Below the pieces are notes generated by a model, which was not told where the DNA came from, did not search any database, and saw only the letters and a list, made by a program, of their open reading frames with translations. The translations under genes were made by a program, and so were the position numbers. This document shows, piece by piece, positions 38,338 through 51,629 of a stretch of 64,000 nucleotides of DNA. This DNA is from Eledone cirrhosa (lineage: Eukaryota), in NCBI GenBank assembly GCA_964016885.1, contig OZ024741.1, positions 329,716,001 through 329,780,000 on the forward strand, in the 5' to 3' direction. How positions within the stretch are numbered: the first letter of the stretch is position 1; every line of letters begins with the position of its first letter.

Positions 38338-39211
38338 CAGTGAGACAGCAGATGTAAAACACAAAGTTCGATGTGACCTGCCTGTTAGCCCTCCTTAATT
38401 TGAGAACAACATAGCGAATTACTATATCAGGTTGTTTAAGTTATTTCAGATTATTTTTACTATTATAATATCTAATGGTTGAGTCTGGATTGTATTTCCA
38501 TGCAAAACAAATGAGAAGAATCCCCCTTTCACCAATTACACATTATAGCTGCTACTACTGTTATATATCAGATTATCAATTCAACCAATCATATTGACAT
38601 ATCCATCAATGGACCACCAGCATTACATTAATATATATATATATATATATAAAAGTATGCGTATGTATGTTTATTAAATGGCAACTATATAAATGGATGT
38701 CTATGAAACTGTGATTATATATATGTATGTTCATGAAATAGTGACTATATATATGTGTGTTTGTATGAATGTATATGAAACAGTAACATATATATGTATG
38801 TATATAAAATAGAAACTATATATATGAAATATTGATGATATTTAAATATTTTAACAAATTATGGTTTCACCTATATATAAATCATAGGTCCCGATAAACT
38901 GAATATTAAGGGTAATTAGGGCTATATGAAAAGGGATTATCTTTTTAGTCAGCTGTTTGTATAATTCATGGGATGTGTAGTGTGTTCTTACATAACAGTG
39001 TGTGTATACATGTATGTATTTGTGTATGTATGTATATGTGAAAGTATATTGTGCATATATATATATTTATATATATATATATGTGTGTGTGTGTATGAAG
39101 GGCAAATGCCCAACACACTGACTGTTTAACTCTCTTTCTTTTAAGTGCAAAACTAATAAAACTTTATGTTAATGCATCTTCGTGTTTGTTTGCTTCTTTC
39201 TTGTATTCTTG

Positions 39212-39256
<45 letters not shown>

Positions 39257-39257
39257 T

Positions 39258-39307
<50 letters not shown>

Positions 39308-42300
39308 TATATATAATAAAAAAAATGACTACAGTAAGTTCACAACAATAGATCACATAACATCTGGTACTCAAGAAGAGACTGTCTGTCTATAAATCTA
39401 TTGGTGGATTAAAAACACTTCTGATTACTGATGTGTACACGCATATATATATATGTAGTTTTGTTTGTAAAGTCTGTCAAAAGACATGTAGAAGTCTGCA
39501 GTGGGCTTAATGAGCCACTGTGAAAAACAATGATTCTTTTAATAGTCAATGTTGGTCTTCCTTAGACAGAGGGGACAGTCACCATTGTGTATGTCTTTTG
39601 TTTATTTTTTATGTGAGCCATGCATTTTTTAGTAGGTCTGTGGGTATACATATGAGAGAAAGAGAGAGAGAGGGAGTGAGAGAAAGAGTCTGTGTGTTTT
39701 TTCAAATGTCTTTGAGCAAAAGATTGTAAAGTGTGAGTGTATCTTTTAATGAAATAGTCTGTATGAGTTTGGGGATATCTGTGAGAGTTTGGGGGTATCT
39801 GTGAAATTTGTTTATGTGTGTGTGGGAATTCTTGTGAGAAAACAACAACAAAAAACAAAACAAAACCCTCCTAAAGCAGTGGGGGTGGGGTGAGGTGAGT
39901 GCGTGTGTCTGAGTGCAGTAAGTTTACATCAACCGGCTGCAGAAAATAAGCCAGTTCTGCTTGATGATGACAATGTTGTTATTGTTGATGATAATGATGA
40001 TTATGGTAACAACAATGAAGGTAGGGTATATATTTTGCAATTTTATTAACCCTACAACAAACAACTATCATGTTTTATTTCCATATATATATATTCCACT
40101 CCTTACATTGCTTCTTCAGTCCATGTTATGGATATGGGTTGATACGTTCAGTAAATTCATACATTTATATAAATTCTTAGGGTTTAAAGATGACGATGAT
40201 AATGATGGTGGTGATCAAAAAATGAGGAAAGAGTCTTAATTAAACATGAAGCCTTAGACATGTGAGGAAGAGGATATAGGAGGTGATGTTGTGTTGTCCA
40301 TGCTTTTCTTAAAGGCTTTAGCAAAATAAGTGAAGTTCAGAAAACAAATAGTCATTGCTGTTGAACTATGGCATCAACCACAACACAACTACAACAGTTA
40401 ATAATAATAATAATAATAAAAACAACAACAACCAACAACAATAATAATAATGATAATGATTTCTTAATTATTCACAAATCTCAGGTGTACAGAGATCAGT
40501 GGCTGAGAGTGTGTGATATAAATGCCTTAAACATCATCATCATCAGCCAGAAAAGAGGTGAGGTGAAATGAAACAACCACAACCAGGAGAAAAAACTAGC
40601 TCACAGATATACTACTTCCCTGTTGTGCACTACTATAAATTAACTAGTTATGGCTATACTGCTACTGTTACTGCTACTAATGCCATTAATACTACTTTGT
40701 TTATACCCAATAAATGCAGTTTAGATTATGAGTTGTATACAAAGGACAGTATTGGATGAGGTTTGTGGAGGGCCTGTACCATATACATATGTTAGTGCGG
40801 GACCCCTGAAAATGTGGGGCCTATACATATACTGTAAAGGGGCCCTAAGTTAAAAAACAAATGTGATAAACATTAAAGGCAGTATAGAATTATAGTACAT
40901 AGATGGCTGGCCACATCTCTAGCTTCAGAGACAATAGGTGGACTATTAGAGTGGCATAGTGAACACCAAGACAGCGGAGAAGAACTAGAGGGTGACTAAA
41001 GGCAAGATGGTGCAACAATCTGACCTGATACCTTGGTCCCATATGGCCAGAGATAGGAAGTAGTGGGGTCAACCAGTGAGGGGTTCCTCCACCAGGATTG
41101 AGAAGGCCCTGGATTTGGATTTGGAGTATTATAGTAGTATATAGCACTTAGCAAGGGGCCCCTGAAAATATAAGGCCTTGTGATAAATGTTACTCTTGTA
41201 ACTAGATTAATCTAGCACTGATAAAGGATTCTTAAAAGCTGCAGTTTATTCAGTTTAGAATACGATGTCTATTGCTAATGTTATCTTGTTGTCAACAAGT
41301 GCAATATTCTGGTGAAATGTTAAAAAATCAACAACAAAACATTACACCATAGATGCAGTTCTGCACTCATTGAATCAACTTTTTCATTAATAAAATACTT
41401 AATTTTTTAAACATTATCTTTTCCTTCCCTTTCACTCTTTAACTATGCATGCACATACACATATGTTGATATTATATGTATATATATTTTATCAGCTTAA
41501 ATCTTTCAATCTAGATCAGTTTACCCATCTATCTGTTTATCTTTCTAACTACAAACATGTAGGTATATCTATGTCAACACTGTATGTGTATGTGTCTATA
41601 ACCCCGTCTTCCTCTATATATTCATCTATCTATGTAATATCTAATATCTCTCTATCTCTATATAGCCACACATTAACGCAACTCTCCTCTGACATTATTA
41701 TCCAACCAATTTCTCCCAATATATATCTTCTGCAGTCAATTAGACAGGCAGCAACTAGGTTTATTCTTTTCTGTTTGCCTTCTTAAAAACTAAACCCCAA
41801 ATAACAAACAAAATAAAAACCCATTAAAATAACAACAGATTGGGTCAGTTTATAAAAGTATTTATGGTGGCATGGTTTTCCTTTCTGTGTTGTTGCTGAA
41901 GTTTTAACATAATGATTCTTGTGGAAAGATTTGTGACAGTAGAAGTAGTGTTGGTGGTGTTGATGGTTGTGGTGGTGCCAGTTAGTTATGTTGTCAAAAA
42001 TGGCAATATTGAAATCTTTAAAAGGAGCCTAGGTATTTTCAACAGAAGAGGATCTCCAGTGTTGTATCTTGAAAACTTTGCCATAAATAAACTAAAAAAG
42101 AAAAGAGAGAAAAAAAAAGAGACATATCAGTTATGCAATCATTTTATTACTGGAATATAAAACTGGAGTGAAGCTGCAGTAGAGGAAGACCAAGGAAGAC
42201 CTAAGCAGAAGTGGTGAGAGCTGATCTTAAAACACTGAACCTCAGAGAGGAGATGATGCAAGAACACAACAGATGGAGGGAGGCTTTACTGGAAAAGACC

Positions 42301-42417
42301 CACTCAACTCATGCTTGCATGGGAAAGTGGACATAAAAGCACGACGAAGATATATAATATATATACTTTTTCAATGTGGTTACCTTTTGTGATATATATA
42401 TGTATATATATATATAT

Positions 42418-43811
42418 CGGTCAAATTAGATGAGATGCAGTTTGGTTTTGTGCCTCGGAAAAGTACAACAGATGCCCTCTTCTTAGTGAGGCAACTACAA
42501 GAGAGGTTCTTAGAGAAGAATAAGCCACTATACTTAACTTTTGTTGACCTAGAGAAGGCCTTTGATAGGGTACCCCGATCTGTCATCTGGTGGTCCCTAA
42601 GGAAACTAGGTGTAGAGGAATGGCTTGTGAGGACAGTGCAAGCTATGTACAGGGGTGCCGTCAGTAAAGTGAGAATAGGAATGTAGTTTAGTGAGGAATT
42701 CCAGATACAAGTTGGTGTACATCAGGGTTCGGTCCTCGCCCACTCTTGTTCATTATAGTCCTCCAAGCCATAACAGAAGAGTTTAAGACTGGCTGCCCAT
42801 GGGAACTTTTCTATGCTGATGATCTGGTTCTTATAGCAGAATCAGTAGAGGAGCTAGAGAACAAATTCTGGGTATGGAAACAGCAGTTGGAATCAAGAGG
42901 ACTGAGAGTGAACATAGCTAAAACAAAAGTGTTGATAAGTAGAAGAGAGGACAATACTCTGATTCCATCGGGGAAATGGCCATGTTCGATATGTAGGAAA
43001 GGAACTGGCATAAATTCCATAAAATGTATGCAATGCAGATCTTGGGTACACAAGAGATGTAGTGGGATAGCAGGCAAACTAACAGGTAGGGAAAACTACG
43101 TATGCAGTAGATGTACAGGGAAAGTTGGCAGTAGTAATTGGAGTGGTAACACATTTTTCCAATGCAGGTGGGTTCTATAGAAGTGGTTGATAGCTTCCGG
43201 TACCTAGGTGATCAGATTAGCATGGGAGGGGGTGTTCCGAGGCCATAGTATTTAGAATAAGGACGGGTTGAAAGAAGTTTAGGGAGCTGCTTCCTCTGTT
43301 GACTAAGAAGGGTTTCTCCCTGCATACGAAAGGACGGTTATATGATGCCTGTGTGAGATGCGCGATGCTGCAGGGTAGTGAGACATGAGCAGCAACTGCA
43401 GAAGATATGCCATGGCTGGAGAGAAATGAAGTAAGTATGCTCCGTTGGATGTGCAATGCCAATGTGCGTGAACGACCAAGCATAGACGAGTTGAAAAAGA
43501 AACTGGGTATAAGAGGGATAAGTTGTGGTGAGCAGGAGAGAAGGCTGAGATGGTATGGACATGTGATGCGCATGGAGGATGACCGCTGGGTAAAGAAGTG
43601 CCAAGAAATCCCAGTAGAAGGAAGACGCAGTAGAGGTAGACCACGAAAAACATGGGCGGAGGTTACGAGGGCAGACCTCAGATTGCTGAAACTCACCAAG
43701 AAGATGATGAAGGACTGTGACAAGTGGAGAGATGCTGTGCTGAATATAAATAACCCGTCCAACCCTTGCAAGCAGGGAAAAGCGGGCGTAAAATGATGAT
43801 GATGATGATGA
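42418..43811 (+). mobile_element. Older RTE LINE 3' half (RT pseudogene) with (TGA)n tail
   Basis: Motifs QFGFVPRKSTTDALF, YADD, PHD-like CSIC..CMQC..HKRC..CSRC and GRPRKTW. Contains stops and frameshifts. Confidence 0.9.
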
Positions 43812-44146
43812 TCGGTAAGGATTATGGGGAATGTCTTAGCTCTAATATAGGCATTTAGTTCAGGATTGGCTTGATTTTTATGAATGTAATTTTTACGAGT
43901 TTGTTTATTGTTGGCTTTGTTTTCCAAGTGCATTATGTACGTATAGGGCATTCAATGATTGCTTGTGTTTATTCTATATATATGTAGTGTAAGTTTATGT
44001 ATATCTAGGGTAGTTATCGATGGTGAATAGACTGGTTGGAGCAATAATAGTCTTGTTCCATTCAAGGGAACAGCTAGATGATGTAAAACGGAGTATAAGT
44101 ATCAAAATGAAAATCTGAAGGCAAGGTAAAATTCCAATCATTTTAA

Positions 44147-44210
44147 TCACGACACATGTTTCAATAAGAGATAGATCGATCGTAAAGCCATCACTGATCT
44201 CATCAGGTGA
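44147..44210 (-). ncRNA. Type I hammerhead ribozyme, extended stem II
   Basis: UCAC CUGAUGA GAU...AUU GAAAC-AUGU-GUC^GUGA. Confidence 0.75.
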
Positions 44211-44341
44211 AAATGAATTGTCTTCAAATTCTTGATATGAGGGAGAAAATTAGCTATGTTCACTCACATGAGGGAATAAACTCTGTGAGTGAACAATGCT
44301 AATTTTCTCCCTCATATCAAGAATTTGAAAACAATTCATAT

Positions 44342-44415
44342 TCACCTGATGAGATCAGTGATAATTGATCATGGCTTTACGATCGATCTATCTCTTATTG
44401 AAACATGTGTCATGA
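44342..44415 (+). ncRNA. Type I hammerhead ribozyme (mirror copy, stem I mismatch)
   Basis: UCAC CUGAUGA...GAAAC-AUGU-GUC^AUGA. Confidence 0.65.
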
Positions 44416-44467
44416 TTAAAATGATTGGAATTTTACCTTGCCTTCAGATTTTCATTTTGATATATAT

Positions 44468-44852
44468 ATCATCATCATCATTTTACGTCCGCTTTTCTCT
44501 GCTTGCAAGGGTGGGACGGGAACTGATTCTGGTTTTATTTCTACAGCTAGATGCCCTTCCTAACACCAACCTCATTTATAGTGAGTGCTGGGTGCTTCGT
44601 TTCCGTGGTGCTTACACGTCCACTTTACAGTGTGGGCTGGCTGCTTTTTTGCCGTAGCACCTCCACGACCACTTTGCAGTGGAATGATAGGGACCCCAGT
44701 CCCTATCATCTCATTTCTACAGCTGAGTAAACTGGAGCAATGTGAAATAAAGTGTCTTGCTCAAGGATGCAACACATCACCCAGTCTGAGAATTGAAGTC
44801 ACGACCTCTTGATTGCAAAGCCAATGCTCTAACCACTAAGCCATGTGCCTCC
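44468..44852 (-). mobile_element. SINE family 1
   Basis: Homologous to 368-706, with an internal duplication. Confidence 0.85.
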
Positions 44853-44868
44853 ATATATATATATATAT

Positions 44869-45030
44869 CAGGATTTTACCAGTTTCAAACTAGTAAGACC
44901 ATTAGTCAACAGAGTACTTGGTACTTGGGATAATAGAATGTGACTACTTGTCATTTCGACAGCTAATTCCAGACTCAGCTGTCAAAATGGCAAGAGCTCA
45001 GCCATTGGGCCCCTGCTCTTTCTAAACCGC
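44869..45030. repeat. Family C element with internal inversion and decayed hammerhead (minus 44873-44917)
   Basis: Minus strand reads CUGUUGA...GAAAC-UG-GUA^AAAU. Hairpin CTTGTCATTTCGACAGCT / AGCTGTCAAAATGGCAAG. Confidence 0.5.
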
Positions 45031-45267
45031 ATGAAATTTTATTTATACTATATATATCGACAGTCAATCGCCTTTCACCAAATCGGACCGAGGAAACAAT
45101 GTTTCTGTTGGTCTTTTCAATTGCTAATACTATCTATCATTCACAACTCCAGGTAGAAGAAGCAACGTGAAATAAAGTGTTTTGCTCAAGGACATAATGC
45201 ATTACCCGGTCCAGGTATCAAACTCACAACCTCACGATTGCAAATCCAATTCTCTAACCACTCAGCT

Positions 45268-45320
<53 letters not shown>

Positions 45321-45362
45321 AGAGAGAGATAGATAGATATCTTTCTTTAGAGAGAGATAGAT

Positions 45363-46888
45363 AAATTTCTTTATTAGTGCCACAAGGGCACAAATACAAA
45401 TGGGGAGTTTACATACAGGTATATGAAAATAAAACTATTAATAAAATAACAAATAACAATTGAAATCCTCAATAGGGGGGAGGCGTTACACAGGAATTGT
45501 ACACACCCCGAAAAAATGTACAACCCTCATCTCCAGGAGTATCAAGAGTAAGTACTCCTTTCCTCTCTTCCTCTTTTTCCTCAACCTACAAGCTTATATA
45601 GAGAAAAGGCCCAACCACTCGGGCCATCTTTGCCACATTCACCCACCTTTTATAAAATTTGCTGGAGTACAGCACCTCTCTCTCCATCCTGATTCTTCTT
45701 CCAAAATGATATTTGAAAAAACGAATCAGTTGCTCGCCGGAGAGAAAGGTGTCTGACCTCAGGCCTTTTAACCTCGTCCACCATATAACCTCTTTCACCA
45801 TAGCCATAACACATAGGAAAACCGCCTCTCCCTCATTTTTGAAGGAAGGTGGCGGTTTGATCATGACAATGAACTCGGTGGTCAACTGGATTGGTCCCAC
45901 CTGCGACAATAGTCGTTCTACATAGCCCCACAGGTCGGTAACGCCCGGGCAGTGTACAAATGCGTGCGCGACGGTTTCCTCGTCGCGCACGCATCTCGGA
46001 CAGATCTTTTTCAAAGGGCTCCTACCTGGGTGCCCGTGTCTGTAGAGCTTGTCTCGAACTGGTAGAGCTCCTCAGTAGCACTGCCAGGCCAGGAACTTTT
46101 GGAAGTTGTCCATTGGTCCCGGGTGGAAGGTCCTACTGAACAGACTGGCCAGTTCGTCCTCTACGCCTAGAGTTTCTCCGAGCACCGCATCCATGTAACA
46201 ATGGTCAACCCTATCGAAAGCCTTAGATTGATCCAAGTTGATCAGGGCCCCACCAAAGCCGGGTTTACACCCTACCCTCTCTATGATGTATCGCATGAGG
46301 TGGAGGTTGTCATGTATGGACCTGGTCGGGATTGCGCATGTCTGCGCTTCTCCCACCAGGTTTTCAACGACAAGCACCAGCCTCTTTGCCAACACCTTGG
46401 CCAAAATCTGTAACTCTGTGTTGAGCAGAGTTATGGGCCGGAAGTTGCCTATGTCATCCCCCTTATTCTCGTCCTTCCTGACTAACGTGACTATGCCCTT
46501 GGTCAAAGAACTGGGAATTCTCCCGTTTTGCTGCCAGTTGCAGTAGACTGCTTCCAGGAGACTGGAGAACAAGTCCGCCATTGCTACGTAAAATTTGTAG
46601 GGTAGACCGTCGAGACCTGGAGATTGCGTTTGCCGCATTGGCTCAGCGCGTCCCCTATCTCAGCGGCTGAAATTGGCCTTTCGCAGAACCTCGCCTCGCG
46701 GTATGGACCGAAATCCATAGCCCCTCCCAGCGCGCCACCCTGCCCGAACAGTTGAGCAAAGTGCCTCTGAAAGGCCGCGCACATCTGCTTCGGCTCACGT
46801 ATCACGCGTCCGTCTTGGTCCTTCAAAGACCGAATCGTGGACTTGTTGCCACTTTTCGCCTCCGTCACTCGGGCCCAGCTAACAGCTG
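45363..46888 (-). mobile_element. L1/Tx1-clade LINE (5'-truncated, internally deleted) flanked by (GA)n/(GATA)n
   Basis: Motifs SPGLDGLPYKFY, NFRPITLLNTELQILAKVL and DQSKAFDRVDH. C-terminal CPRC..EETVAHAFVHC knuckle and AATAAA near the 3' end. Confidence 0.88.
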
Positions 46889-48344
46889 AGAGAGATAGAT
46901 AGATATCTATCTATCTCTCTCTCTCTCTCTCTCTGTTACCAAACAAAGGGTTGATGGGAGCTGTGTCAAAGACACGATAACCTCCCTAGTGCTAGTACCA
47001 TGATAAAATGTGTCCAGAACACTTCATACAGTGCCGGTACTTACACATGAGTATATACAGTACATCTTTTACCCTAATTTTTCCCCAAATATAGTTCAAC
47101 TACTTTATCTACCGGCACTATATGAAGTTTTCTATGGCTTGATCCCCATCCTTATCACCAACTAATTAATAATTACTGAAAAATCAGCTCAAAAATCAAT
47201 GTTTGAATATTAATAAATTTTGAAAATAATAACAAATTCAGAAAGATTTGATAACATAACTAATTTTCTTATTAAGTTGGTGTTTGGAATTTAATTTAAC
47301 AAAGGTTCTTACATAAAATTATGGTGAGAGGTTTTTAGATAAATGTAAACACTTTAGATAAATATGAACAGCTAAATATCCTAGAACCAGGAGTGGTTTC
47401 AGGTAGTTTTGTCTCAAAAGGGTTAAAATAAAACAAAATTTCCAAAACTTTAAAAAAGAAAAAAAAAACTTTTTTGAAATAAGGATGTATGTGGTGGGTT
47501 AATGTTTTGATAAGTGTGTGTACGAATCAATGTGTGTGTGTGTGTGCATCAATGTTGTGTTGATGTTTGTAAATGAGTTAGCAAAAATGCTATTATATCT
47601 ACATGTATATCTACATTATATCTATATGTTAGGTTTGAGAGAGGATGAAAGTTAAACACACACACCATGATATCAATTTGTTTTAGACAGTCACACACAC
47701 AAACTAACACACAGTGATATAGTTTTATATAGTCACACATACACACACATCATGATAGCTACTTTATTTATAGCTATGTTACACCTTTAAGAGCTTGACC
47801 ATTCGCCTCTGACCTACTAACCTTAGGTCAATACTGGACATTGCTCACAGCTACTGACTGCCTACTTATTTATCTGCCTTAACAAAGCCCTATTTCTATT
47901 TATTTACCTGCTTCTAAGAACTCATTTATCCTGTTAACATAATACTAGTTTTCTTCCAGCCAAAATATAAAAAAAAAAAAAGATAAGTGCAAGTATAGCT
48001 GTGGTTAGGGAGTTTGTTTGGCAACAATTTCAGTACTCTGCAGCCTCAGGTTGACCAATGTCTTTTGAGTGGTGGAATTTGGTAAATGTAAACTGTGTGT
48101 GTGTGTATGTATATATATATATATATATACATGTGTGTATTCATATATATACACACACACAAGTTTCTACAGTTTGCATTTACCAAATGTGTGTATAAGT
48201 AAGCAGGAAGTTTAGTTTATTTACAGTGCAACCTTGACTTTGTTCTTGATTGTGTTTACATTCTGCACATTACAGCTACCATAACCCTTTACTACACAGA
48301 AATATAAACCCCACGGACCCTCATAATAACATTGAGTGCTTTAA

Positions 48345-48686
48345 CCCTTTACCATTTAAACCGGCCATATCTGGACAGAATTTTCTCACCTCTTTCTGTT
48401 CAAACCAGCCATAATCAAACAATGCAGAGAGATGGTGGCGATGACAGTGGGAGTTCGGCTCTTCCGTGTTCGGACACATTGCACCTGTCATGTGGATCAT
48501 GTGACTTTTTCTAGAAATGCGTGACATTAATGTAGACCACTAATTGATTTTTACCAACCACTCATACTTAAGGTGTTGTTCTCAAAATAAATAATATCAA
48601 AATCTCATAGGTGAGATATTATGTGAGATAAAGCCTTTACCATGAAAATACAATAGTATATTTAGAGTAAGGTAAATGCTAAAGGG
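48345..48686. mobile_element. piggyBac-like MITE
   Basis: TTAA-CCCTTTACCATTTAAA...TAAATGCTAAAGGG-TTAA. Homologous to 28659-28879. Confidence 0.85.
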
Positions 48687-49555
48687 TTAACCGGCAAACT
48701 GTCTGTACCCCCCCCCCCATTTATTGTAATGGGTTACATTTTTTAACATCTTTCTTTCTTTTTCTTTTTTTATTTGTTTCACTCATGTTTCCCGTTCTCC
48801 AAGAGGCACCAGACATTTTTCCTAATGTCACACAAAATTGTATGTTTTTTGTAGCTTAACAGCTATAAATTAATGTTTGTCTTTCATCTCTTACTCCTTT
48901 GGATAGCGTTTGGCTTATGTCAGACGCTGTGACCCTGATTGAACCAGCAATACCTTTGGTAGAGGTCGAAACTGCCCAAGTTCATCTCAACGTCCAATGA
49001 CCATGGAATTCTGTGTCTTTCGTTTGTATATTTATTTTTTAAGTTTTCCCCTAAAAAAATTGTTTTTCATTTTGTTTTGTTTCTGTTCGTTGTCTTGTCT
49101 GTTCTTTGTTAATTTTCTTAAGTTTATACATGCATACATATGTCTGTGTGTCTGCCTCTGTATCTGTGTTTATTTTTGTGTATGTTTATGTTTACGTGTG
49201 TTTATGACCCATAACTTAGCAGCCCCCAACATAAAAAGGAATGATATAATAATATGTATCAAGTCTTGAAAATAAGTACTGTAAGTACTGGTATCAGTAT
49301 GATCAACTAGGTACCCCAGCATGATAGCAGTCTGACTGAAACCAGTACAAAAATAATTAAAGAAAAATTATAACAATTTCTTATATTTGTAACTGGAATT
49401 AGATGATAGTAAAAAGTATAGATAGTATATAAATTAGGTATACATAATATACAAATACATTTAGCCAGTGGTGAATGTCGTGAAGAGACATGGATTGAGA
49501 TGGTTGGGTCATGTGTTGAAGCAATTAGAATATTTTAAAATATTACTTACATTAC

Positions 49556-49619
<64 letters not shown>

Positions 49620-50050
49620 ATGGGAATTTAGATATATATGATGTCGGAGGCACAGAAGCCAATGCAATTTTCCGATCTTATTTCCTATATAACTGCTCAA
49701 CGATAACGACACCACATGCATGAATAATTCGTTTTGGATCACCTCTATAGTGATTTGTTCATAGGAAAGTAGAACATATATAGAACAAACAGGCTGATAA
49801 CAATCAAAGTAATTTATGAATTCCAAAGAGATGTCAACATGAATGGACCTGTTATTTTTATCTAAAGAAATTTTTTCCAATTCCAACCCGCCCGTTCGTC
49901 TCCTCAATCTATCTTATTTCTCATTCTTTCTTCTGATGAAGGACAAGCGTCCGAAACGCTAAGACCCTCTTCCTGCTATATCAAGCGTTAACCTAATATA
50001 TCCCTTCCATATACTATATCAATTGTGTTGTTATTTCTGTTTACCTTTTA
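49620..50050 (+). mobile_element. Penelope-like element 3' remnant (decayed GIY-YIG plus hammerhead-bearing terminus), between (TA)n tracts
   Basis: About 49747-49794 translates IVICS*ESRTYIEQTG, resembling the IY.I.C..C..YIGQTG pattern. A family A HHR follows at 49929. Confidence 0.6.
49929..49964 (+). ncRNA. Minimal hammerhead ribozyme (family A, cleavage triplet altered)
   Basis: UCUU CUGAUGA A GGAC-AAGC-GUCC GAAAC GCU AAGA. Confidence 0.75.
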
Positions 50051-50495
50051 CATACATATATATATAAATATATACATATGGAAGTACAGACAATGTCTAT
50101 GCATGATAAACATACACAGTCTTGCAGTGAGTATTTTAAGCTGATCCCTTAAAATATTTAATTCTTTTAAAATATGATGAAACCAGATAAAACCACCTCT
50201 GTTTTTTTTTTTATACAAAACTATATTTTTAAAGTTCTTAGAAGATGTAGTAAATCAGACCATTCTCACCTCCATTCTGTCAAGTTTTCTCTGCTGCTTA
50301 ACGTCCATCACCCTTGTCTCGTTCCCATAAATCATTACCTATCTCACACATGCACCATACAACTTCCCTTTCAGTTTCAGCAAAAATACCCACATCATTT
50401 GTAGTATTTGTTTGGTCTCTTTGTAATCTGTTGAGGCCGAGTTGGATGATAAACTTCATTTGTTGCCTGGTTTAATACCTTGGGTGACTTTAGGG

Positions 50496-50794
50496 CAGTG
50501 GTTCCCAACCTTTTGTGCACCATGCCCCACCTCAACATCTCAAATATTATGTCCCACTTTGATATGAAAACAGCAATGATCAACTGCAAAGTGTAAACAA
50601 ATTGGCATATAGGTGGTGCCATATGCACAATAACATGTGTGGAAGAGGTGAAACAGAGTTTCCAACAGTAATGTGTACCAAAGTTGCTTTGATGTAAAAG
50701 TAATAAAGAAAAAAACCTAAAGTTTGTTCTCATTAACATCATTTTAAATTTCTTTTTTCCCTGTGGGGCACGTACCCCAAGTTGAGAATCACTG
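50496..50794. mobile_element. hAT (Charlie-like) MITE with 8-bp TSD
   Basis: CTTTAGGG-CAGTGGTTCCCAAC...GTTGAGAATCACTG-CTTTAGGG. Confidence 0.85.
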
Positions 50795-51629
50795 CTTTAG
50801 GGGGAATCTAATTCATTGCAAGTATTTGAGCCAGGTCTCGGGTTTTAGGATATCTTCCACACTCTCCTCGCCATCAGTCTTAGAGGCCCTGAAAATGGTC
50901 AGAGGCATTATCATTCCCCAATTGATGAAACAGTAAAAAATAAGGTAGTCTTAGATATACCCATATTGCCAACTTCATTTAGTTACATTGGCATTATCAA
51001 CGAGAAGCTGTACACTTTGGAGATCTGTTACAGATGGTGGGTATGGATTCATCCAAGAACTGCAAATCATTACAGACCTACATTTTCCAGGGCTACTGAG
51101 AGTGCACAGAATGCCGCCCAAGACGGTACAGTAAGGTGTGACTTAAACTTTTAACTACCATATTTCTAATAAAACACACTGCTTCATCATCATCATAGAC
51201 CTCAAGGGTCTGTGGATGCCGTCTGTAATTTCCTTTAAGCAGTCCTATGATTTACAAATAATTTTGAAAATAATCAAGAATTTCAAAGCATTTAGTAATA
51301 TAAGTACCTTTCTCATTATTAAGGTGATGGCTGGAGCATAACATAACAAAGGTTCTTGTGTAAAATTATGAAGGAAGGATTTTAGATAAATATTTCCCTA
51401 AATAAATAGTTTGTATGACAGAACCAAGGGTGGTTTGAGGCAATCTGGTATCAAAAGGGTTAAGAGACATTTAGTTTCTATGACAACCAACTTGAGTGAC
51501 CACACAGAGGATCCTGTTAATTAAGGATAGATTTCACAGTAATAATGGTCGAAATGAGTGAGAATGGCAGAGGAAGACTGGAGAGTGAGATATGGAAATT
51601 TGAGATTTCAACATGTAAAAGACTATCTA

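Larger units (their letters stand above)
44100..44463. repeat. Long inverted repeat (arms about 44100-44268 and 44284-44463) with a hammerhead in each arm
   Basis: TATCAAAATGAAAATCTGAAGGCAAGGTAAAATTCC pairs with GGAATTTTACCTTGCCTTCAGATTTTCATTTTGATA. Confidence 0.9.

Noticed and set aside
47016-47133. Short inverted repeat around GTGCCGGTA/TACCGGCAC
   Set aside because: Only about 24-bp imperfect arms and no ribozyme core. Probably a decayed MITE.
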